From contig CAYRPF010000004.1 of assembly GCA_964426185.1 (NCBI GenBank), forward strand, positions 1,444 through 33,443: a stretch of 32,000 bases of DNA, given 5' to 3'. The position numbers and the translations under genes were made by a program. The stretch comes from an uncultured archaeon. GTDB taxonomy: Archaea > Asgardarchaeota > Lokiarchaeia > Sigyniarchaeales > Promethearchaeaceae. Positions 26,186-32,000 of this stretch are shown here, piece after piece; within the stretch, counting starts at the first letter, position 1, and every line of letters starts with the position of its first letter. The notes below the pieces were generated by a model that saw only the letters and a list, made by a program, of their open reading frames with translations, was not told the origin of the DNA and did not search any database.

Positions 26186-26746
26186 ACGTAAATGTGGAGC
26201 TAAGCGCTTTAGTAAATGATTTTTTATTGATTCCTTTAAATTTTTCTCCTCTGGGCTCAAGATTCGTTTACCTTCCAAAATATCTTCAATAATTGTTTGA
26301 TCGATAATTTCTTCAGGAGTCATTTCTTCATAAATAGAAAAAGCTTGAACTTTTTCAAGATCTTGCTCTAAATCTCTTGAAGCAATAACATTAACGCCTG
26401 TTTCTAAGATATTTTCTATTAAAACTTGTCCCATCTTTATTGGAGCTTTGCAGTAGTGTTCATTAACTTTCTTTACTGCTTTTAGCAGAACTTCTTTTGG
26501 AATTGCTTTTTCACTCCGAACTGGTATTACAGGAAGAACGCCGCCTTCTACTCTCATAGTTGTTATAAGCATACGGACAGGATGCAAGTATTCCGACTTT
26601 CCATATTCTAGTCCTCTATTACACTTATTACCGGTTACATGAACTTTTCCTTCTTTATCTTTCCATACAGAAAGCCTGCATGAGTTGGGACAGATGACGC
26701 AAACAATTTCTCGTTCATCAATTCGAGTTTCAACCGATTGTTGCAT
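26183..26746 (-). CDS. DUF1667 (CxxC..C metal-binding) protein with C-terminal extension
   Basis: CVICPNSC, GNKCNRGLEYG..E...PVRMLITT, PVRS...IPK and APIKMG motifs. Confidence 0.88.
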   Translation of the reverse strand: MQQSVETRIDEREIVCVICPNSCRLSVWKDKEGKVHVTGNKCNRGLEYGKSEYLHPVRMLITTMRVEGGVLPVIPVRSEKAIPKEVLLKAVKKVNEHYCKAPIKMGQVLIENILETGVNVIASRDLEQDLEKVQAFSIYEEMTPEEIIDQTIIEDILEGKRILSPEEKNLKESIKNHLLKRLAPHLR

Positions 26747-26747
26747 A

Positions 26748-28067
26748 TTATTTTTCCTCCATAAGTTCTTTTTCTATTATATTCACCGTTTGATCTTTTT
26801 CCACCACGTTAATTTGAATTTCATCTTCAATTAATTCCAATTTTAATTTAGGCGTTAAATGAATCATTTCAGATGGTAGAACAAATCTGTGCCGTTTGGT
26901 ATAGATTTCTTTACCATTTGAGGTTAAAATCGTGCGAATGTTTGATCTTGGGTTTTTAACTCGAAAAGATATGGTGATATTACTAATTTCATCACGATAT
27001 TCAATCCGTTCGGGTTTTACATAGCCGACATTTTCTCCCGGAACGACACAAATCGGTTTTTTAAGTTTTTTTCTTCCGGGAAATTTATCCAATGCGAATA
27101 ATCCGGCATTTTTACCTACAAATTGTGCTTCTTCAGTAACCCAATCTACTAAATCATGAACTTGGAGAACATTCCCGCAAGCAAAAATTCCTGGGATTGT
27201 AGTTTGCAAGAATTCATCAATTTCTGGTCCTCCATTAGAAGATATTACAGCACCCGCTTGTGACGTCAATTCATTTTCAGGTATCAATCCAACACTGAAT
27301 AAAATAGTATCACAATCATAGTATTTTTCTGTACCCGGAATTGGGCGCCATTTTTCATCAATTTGGGCGATAGTAACTCCTTCAACCCGTTCTTTACCTC
27401 TGATATCAATGATGGTATGGCGTAGATAAAGGGGAATGTTGTAATCATCTAAACACTGGACGCGATTTCGAACTAAACCGCTGGGATAAGGCAAAACTTC
27501 TGCTACCGCCAGTACTTTCATTCCTTCAAGCGTACATCTACGGGCCATAATCATTCCTATATCACCACTTCCCAATATCACTACTCTATTTCCGGGCAAA
27601 TATCCTTCCATGTTGATGAATCTTTGGGCTTGTCCCGCAGGATAAATACCGGCTGGGCGCATACCAGGGATATTTATGGCTCCCCGGGTCCTTTCTCTGC
27701 ATCCCATGGCTAATATAATTGATTTTGCTTTTAGATGGATGAGACCCCGTTTTGGGTTGATCACTGTGAGAAATCGGGTAGGGGTAATATTAATGACCAT
27801 CGTTCTAAGCCATACATCTATATTGCTCTTTTTGATCTCATTAATAAACCTCTGGGCATATTCTGGACCAGTTAATTCTTCCTTAAAATGTTTCAAGCCG
27901 AATCCGTTATGGATGCATTGTTGTAGAATTCCACCTAATTCGTTATCTCTCTCAATAATTATGACATTCGCACCAATTTTATTCGCTTCTAAAGCTGCAG
28001 CCATTCCGGCTGGACCTCCGCCTACAACAGCCACATCAATTTCAATTTCTTGAATATTATCACTCAT
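26748..28067 (-). CDS. NAD(P)/FAD-dependent pyridine nucleotide-disulfide oxidoreductase, partner of the G3PDH-like enzyme (start taken as ATG 28067)
   Basis: GGGPAG, GGILQQCIHNGFG, ELTGPEY, AMGCRERTRG, GSGDIG and GNVLQVHDLVD motifs. ATG 28067 lies 1 bp after the upstream stop. Confidence 0.9.
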   Translation of the reverse strand: MSDNIQEIEIDVAVVGGGPAGMAAALEANKIGANVIIIERDNELGGILQQCIHNGFGLKHFKEELTGPEYAQRFINEIKKSNIDVWLRTMVINITPTRFLTVINPKRGLIHLKAKSIILAMGCRERTRGAINIPGMRPAGIYPAGQAQRFINMEGYLPGNRVVILGSGDIGMIMARRCTLEGMKVLAVAEVLPYPSGLVRNRVQCLDDYNIPLYLRHTIIDIRGKERVEGVTIAQIDEKWRPIPGTEKYYDCDTILFSVGLIPENELTSQAGAVISSNGGPEIDEFLQTTIPGIFACGNVLQVHDLVDWVTEEAQFVGKNAGLFALDKFPGRKKLKKPICVVPGENVGYVKPERIEYRDEISNITISFRVKNPRSNIRTILTSNGKEIYTKRHRFVLPSEMIHLTPKLKLELIEDEIQINVVEKDQTVNIIEKELMEEK

Positions 28068-28068
28068 T

Positions 28069-29550
28069 TTATAATCGCTCTCCTTGAAATACTTCAGAAC
28101 AGAGATTTTTTGTGCGTTTGTAAACAATATGTGAATTCTTTCCCATTTTAGTTACTTGTTCATAGATTTTCCCTTGTTCGCGGGAAATTATTTTCATTAT
28201 TTTTGGCAAACAAAATCCACCTTGACAGCGCCCCATTCCAGGACGTAATCTACGTTTTATCATATCTGTATTGGTTATGGGAATCAATCCATGACATGCT
28301 TCAACAATCTCTGCTTCAGTAACCAACTCACAACGGCAAATAATGTTTCCCCATTGAGGATTTTCACGAATTTTTTGAGCTAACTCTGATTCCGAAAGAT
28401 CAGAATAGCGTAATTGTCTCTTTCGTGTGGGGAGGTAATTTCTTTTTTCTATAAATTTGTAATCACACTCATTTTTCAATATTTCTTCAACATATTCGGC
28501 AATTGCAAGACTTGAAGTTAATCCTGGCGAATCAATTCCTGCGACATTGATAAAATGAGGTAACTTAGATAATTGGATAATAAAATCATGCACGAGAGTC
28601 GAAGCTCGAAGTCCCGCAAAATTTGTGATATGTTTTCGAAACGGCAGCTGTTTTACTAATTTCAAACCACCTTGTAGAATTTCATTTAAACCTTGAGTTG
28701 TGGTATTTATACCTTCTTTGGAATCGATTTCATTAGCATTTGGTCCCACGAAAAAGTTTTGATGCATGGTAGGTGAAACTACTATTCCTTTAGAAACTAC
28801 ATTTGGAGTGGGGAATATTATTTTCTGTAAAGGCATAGAATTTTTGTCAAACATAATATATTCGCCGCGTCTGGGAAAGATGTTAAACGAGTCATCTCCG
28901 ATCATTTTTGCTATGGTATCTGCGTATAGTCCTGCAGCATTTATAACCGTTCTGGCTTGAATTACATCTCCTTTTACGGAATTAATTTGATAGATTTGCT
29001 TCTCTCTTTTAATATAGGCCACTTCAAATCCCAAATACACCTGTAAACCATTCATGATACTATGTTCTACCAAGCCAATGGTTAGTTCCCATGGAGTAAT
29101 TATCCCTGCTTTGGGGAAATGTAAAACTGCAATAACGCTATCATTCAATTGTGGCTCTAATTCATGAATTTTCTGTGGATCTTGGATGAGTTGAACTTGT
29201 ACTCCCCGATCTTGGCTTTCTTTTAATTCTCCTTCTAAAGTCTTCAATTCTTTTTCGTTTGTAGCACAGAAAATTGCTCCAATCCTCTTAAAATCGACAT
29301 CAATTTTGGGACAAATTTCATCAAATAAAGTGTTACTTCGCAAACTTAATTTTTCCTTCAGCGAGCCTTTTGTAGTGAAGTAACCTTGATGTATTATTCC
29401 AGAATTTGCTTTCGAGGTTCCCATCGCAACATCTTCTTCTTTTTCAATAAGTGCTATGGAAAGTTGGTACTTGGATAGACGCTGGGCAATTGCTCCACCA
29501 ACGACGCCCCCACCAATAATTGCAATATCATAAGGTTGTTTAGTCATCAT
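28069..29550 (-). CDS. FAD-dependent oxidoreductase with C-terminal BFD-like [2Fe-2S] domain; glycerol-3-phosphate dehydrogenase (GlpA/LhgO-like) (start ATG 29550 or 29547)
   Basis: IIGGGVVG, GTSKANSGIIH, INAAGLYAD, FAGLR, GIDSPGLT, ICRCELVTEAEI and GMGRCQGGFC motifs; GAAGGAAG Shine-Dalgarno-like site before ATG 29550. Confidence 0.85.
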   Translation of the reverse strand: MMTKQPYDIAIIGGGVVGGAIAQRLSKYQLSIALIEKEEDVAMGTSKANSGIIHQGYFTTKGSLKEKLSLRSNTLFDEICPKIDVDFKRIGAIFCATNEKELKTLEGELKESQDRGVQVQLIQDPQKIHELEPQLNDSVIAVLHFPKAGIITPWELTIGLVEHSIMNGLQVYLGFEVAYIKREKQIYQINSVKGDVIQARTVINAAGLYADTIAKMIGDDSFNIFPRRGEYIMFDKNSMPLQKIIFPTPNVVSKGIVVSPTMHQNFFVGPNANEIDSKEGINTTTQGLNEILQGGLKLVKQLPFRKHITNFAGLRASTLVHDFIIQLSKLPHFINVAGIDSPGLTSSLAIAEYVEEILKNECDYKFIEKRNYLPTRKRQLRYSDLSESELAQKIRENPQWGNIICRCELVTEAEIVEACHGLIPITNTDMIKRRLRPGMGRCQGGFCLPKIMKIISREQGKIYEQVTKMGKNSHIVYKRTKNLCSEVFQGERL

Positions 29551-29676
29551 TACTTCCTTCAATCAATCATATGTTCGAATATTAAAAATTTTTTGTATAA
29601 AGTCTTAGATAAAATAGTGGATTTCGAATTTCTAAAAGTAAATTGAAAAATGTGAAAAAAAAACCCCAGATTTGAA

Positions 29677-30420
29677 CTATAAAAATCCTTTTAAAATGAG
29701 AATGGAGCCAGTATTAAAGAAAACAAGACCCCCAATTTCAAGTATAGCGCCCAATATTCCTTGAACCCCTCCAACTAATGTCAAAAAGGTTCCTAATACT
29801 GTGAAACTCATTCCAATTGTAAAAAATGTTATACTTCTTTTTTGTTTTTCCTCTGATTTTGCTCTTAAAGTGATAAATTTTACGAGTACATACAACATCA
29901 GTAAAATTCGGTATCCAAAAACGAAAATAAACCATCCTCTCGGAGTTATGGTATCAACTTGGCCTGCTGCATATTTATCATAATCCAGTGTTGGCACCCA
30001 AATCAGGTATCCAAAGGTTGATAAAATGAAGGTTAATATGGGAATACTTACATATTTCAAGCGGAGGATGCGTTTTTCGGAAAATTCTATAATTAATTCC
30101 GTGAATAATAACCAAGACATAGCGATGTTGAACATTACTTGCGCAGTGATCATTATCCCGATAACAAAGCTTGCGTTATTTAGGATTAAATGATAAATGG
30201 TATAGAAGAAAAATCCAAAAGCTGCTGAGATGAAAAACGCTGCAAATGATCGGTTGAGCCAATAATCTGGATTTTTTTTAATCTCTATATAGCCGCAAAA
30301 TATCCCTATAATAACAGTAATCGCCGAAATGATAATTTTCAGTAAACTTATGGTATCCATAAAAATATCACACTTTTTTAACTTAAAGAACTTCTGATTT
30401 TTGATTTTCTCAGAAATCAA
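29677..30420 (-). CDS. Stand-alone 7TM membrane protein resembling HisKA_7TM-type sensor input domains (possible start ATG 30360)
   Basis: Seven hydrophobic segments and KKNPDYWLNRSF after TM1. The protein ends right after TM7. Confidence 0.6.
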   Translation of the reverse strand: MISEKIKNQKFFKLKKCDIFMDTISLLKIIISAITVIIGIFCGYIEIKKNPDYWLNRSFAAFFISAAFGFFFYTIYHLILNNASFVIGIMITAQVMFNIAMSWLLFTELIIEFSEKRILRLKYVSIPILTFILSTFGYLIWVPTLDYDKYAAGQVDTITPRGWFIFVFGYRILLMLYVLVKFITLRAKSEEKQKRSITFFTIGMSFTVLGTFLTLVGGVQGILGAILEIGGLVFFNTGSILILKGFL

Positions 30421-30469
30421 AAAAAGAAATTTGCCATAGGTTCAAAAAAGGATAAATCTTTTTCTCATT

Positions 30470-31828
30470 ATGGAAAAAATCTCGAAAGAAGAACTAATTG
30501 CAAAATCACACGAACCTGCTAAAAATGCAATGAAAATGCACCCCTTTTATCATGGTAAAATCCAGGTAATACCACGATGTCGGGTGGAAAATTATGATGA
30601 TTTCGGTATTTGGTACAGCCCTGGTGTGGCCGCACCTTGTCTGGACATAAAAAATAACCCAGAACATGTTTACAAACATACAAGTAAATGGAATTACGTT
30701 GCAGTCGTTTCGGACGGTACACGGGTCCTAGGTTTAGGAGACATTGGTCCAGAAGCAGGTTTACCTGTTATGGAAGGTAAAGCTCTACTATTTAAATATC
30801 TAGGGGGAGTGGATGCATTTCCTATGTGTGTTGGCCCTAATATGTCTGCAGAAGATATCATTCAGCTAGTTAAATGGATTCAACCCACTTTTGGAGGTAT
30901 TAATCTTGAAGATATCTCGAAACCAAAATGTTTCAAGGTATTGGATACGCTAAGAAAAGATCCAGAAGTTAAAATTCCCGTTTGGCATGATGATCAGCAA
31001 GGAACGGCGTGCGTGACAGTAGCTGGAATGTTAAATGCCATCAAGCTCGTTAATAAAAAGAAAAGTGACGTGCGAATTGTCTTCAATGGTGTTGGCGCCA
31101 GCAATTTTGCCATTCAGAGATTGTTGAAAGCTGCAGGTTTTGAGACTAAAAAGGCAGTATTTGTAGATTCTCGAGGTATACTCTATAAAGACAGGCTAGA
31201 TTTGGTTGATCCGGAAAATTATAAATATGAAATTGCCCAAAACAGCAATCCCGAACAAATTCAAGGCACTCTCAAGGAAGCATTGGATGGTGCAGATGTT
31301 CTGATTTCCCTCTCCCGACCTGGACCTGATATTGTCAAAAAGGAATGGATTACTAAAATGGCCACCGATCCTATCGTTTTTGCTTGTGCTAACCCTGTTC
31401 CTGAAATATTTCCTTGGGAAGCCAAGGAAGCGGGAGCAGTTGTAGTAGCTACCGGTCGTAGCGACTTTCCTAACCAAGTCAACAATTCGATTGGATTTCC
31501 CGGTATTTTCCGTGGAACATTAGATGTGAGAGCTACTACGATATCGGACGAGATGTGTATTGCTGCGGCTGAAGAACTGGCTTTATTTGCCGAAGAGAAG
31601 GGGCTTTCTCCGGATTTTATAGTCCCTACTATGAACGATCAAGAAGTTTTTATTAGAGAGGCTGTGGCGGTTGGACAGATGGCTCAACGGCAGAATTTGG
31701 CTCGGATTTCTTTAAGCAAAGAGGAAGCCTGTGAGGTTGCCCAAAAATATATTCAAGAATCTCATGATATGACAAAATTACTAATGAGTAAAGGGTTTAT
31801 ACCAACGTATCATATTAACACAGACTAA
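30470..31828 (+). CDS. NAD(P)-dependent malic enzyme (MaeB-type, without PTA domain)
   Basis: [50 protein letters not shown] and [13 protein letters not shown] motifs. Confidence 0.96.
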   Translation: MEKISKEELIAKSHEPAKNAMKMHPFYHGKIQVIPRCRVENYDDFGIWYSPGVAAPCLDIKNNPEHVYKHTSKWNYVAVVSDGTRVLGLGDIGPEAGLPVMEGKALLFKYLGGVDAFPMCVGPNMSAEDIIQLVKWIQPTFGGINLEDISKPKCFKVLDTLRKDPEVKIPVWHDDQQGTACVTVAGMLNAIKLVNKKKSDVRIVFNGVGASNFAIQRLLKAAGFETKKAVFVDSRGILYKDRLDLVDPENYKYEIAQNSNPEQIQGTLKEALDGADVLISLSRPGPDIVKKEWITKMATDPIVFACANPVPEIFPWEAKEAGAVVVATGRSDFPNQVNNSIGFPGIFRGTLDVRATTISDEMCIAAAEELALFAEEKGLSPDFIVPTMNDQEVFIREAVAVGQMAQRQNLARISLSKEEACEVAQKYIQESHDMTKLLMSKGFIPTYHINTD

Positions 31829-32000
31829 AATTTTTTTCTTCTTTTCCCATAGTTGATTTACTCCGCCACAGTCATCCCCCTTTACCCAAATTCCGACCTT
31901 ATGCCTCGCTATTTCATGCTCAATCAATTACTATCACAAATCATGGTTCCGTTAGGAACCACCATTACGTTATAACGTTAGTTCGACCCTCAACAAACAT

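Noticed and set aside
773-31485. Numerous short ORF-track entries antisense to or nested in recognised genes (e.g. 773-1180, 2322-2693, 6854-7099, 17937-18164, 23953-24150, 27676-28053, 31196-31485)
   Set aside because: They are shadow frames of well-supported genes and carry no motifs.
31850-32000. Partial CDS or RNase P RNA at the right edge
   Set aside because: All three minus frames hit stops quickly, the plus-strand ORF is only 24 aa, and no RNase P P4 consensus was recognised.

Overview
AT-rich archaeal chromosomal window, most likely an Asgard archaeon (Lokiarchaeia/Promethearchaeota-like). This is inferred from archaeal uL11/uL1 and type II MetAP together with gelsolin-domain, Roadblock and Rab-like GTPase genes. 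In order it holds: the rpl11-rpl1 pair; two orphan DNA methyltransferases flanking a degenerate IDI-2 gene and tRNA-Arg(CCU); hutI-fhs; an N-terminally extended Rab-like GTPase; an uncalled 55-aa zinc-ribbon ORF; a GGR-family flavoprotein, nucleotidyltransferase and map; a membrane cluster (EamA, GT-C glycosyltransferase, two DUF998/Frag1-like paralogues); a co-oriented gelsolin / Roadblock / (Cdc48-N-like + vWA) cluster; nnr; a truncated TFS/RpoM-like ribbon; GDPD; an LbH membrane protein; a three-gene G3P-dehydrogenase-like operon; a stand-alone 7TM protein; and malic enzyme. The top candidate for a new system is the ATPase-less Cdc48-N + vWA protein, whose domain order resembles the N-terminal part of DEPDC5/Iml1 (GATOR1), encoded directly downstream of Roadblock and gelsolin genes. 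No CRISPR array, transposase or rRNA was seen. All family assignments come from reading motifs by eye; no database search was run.
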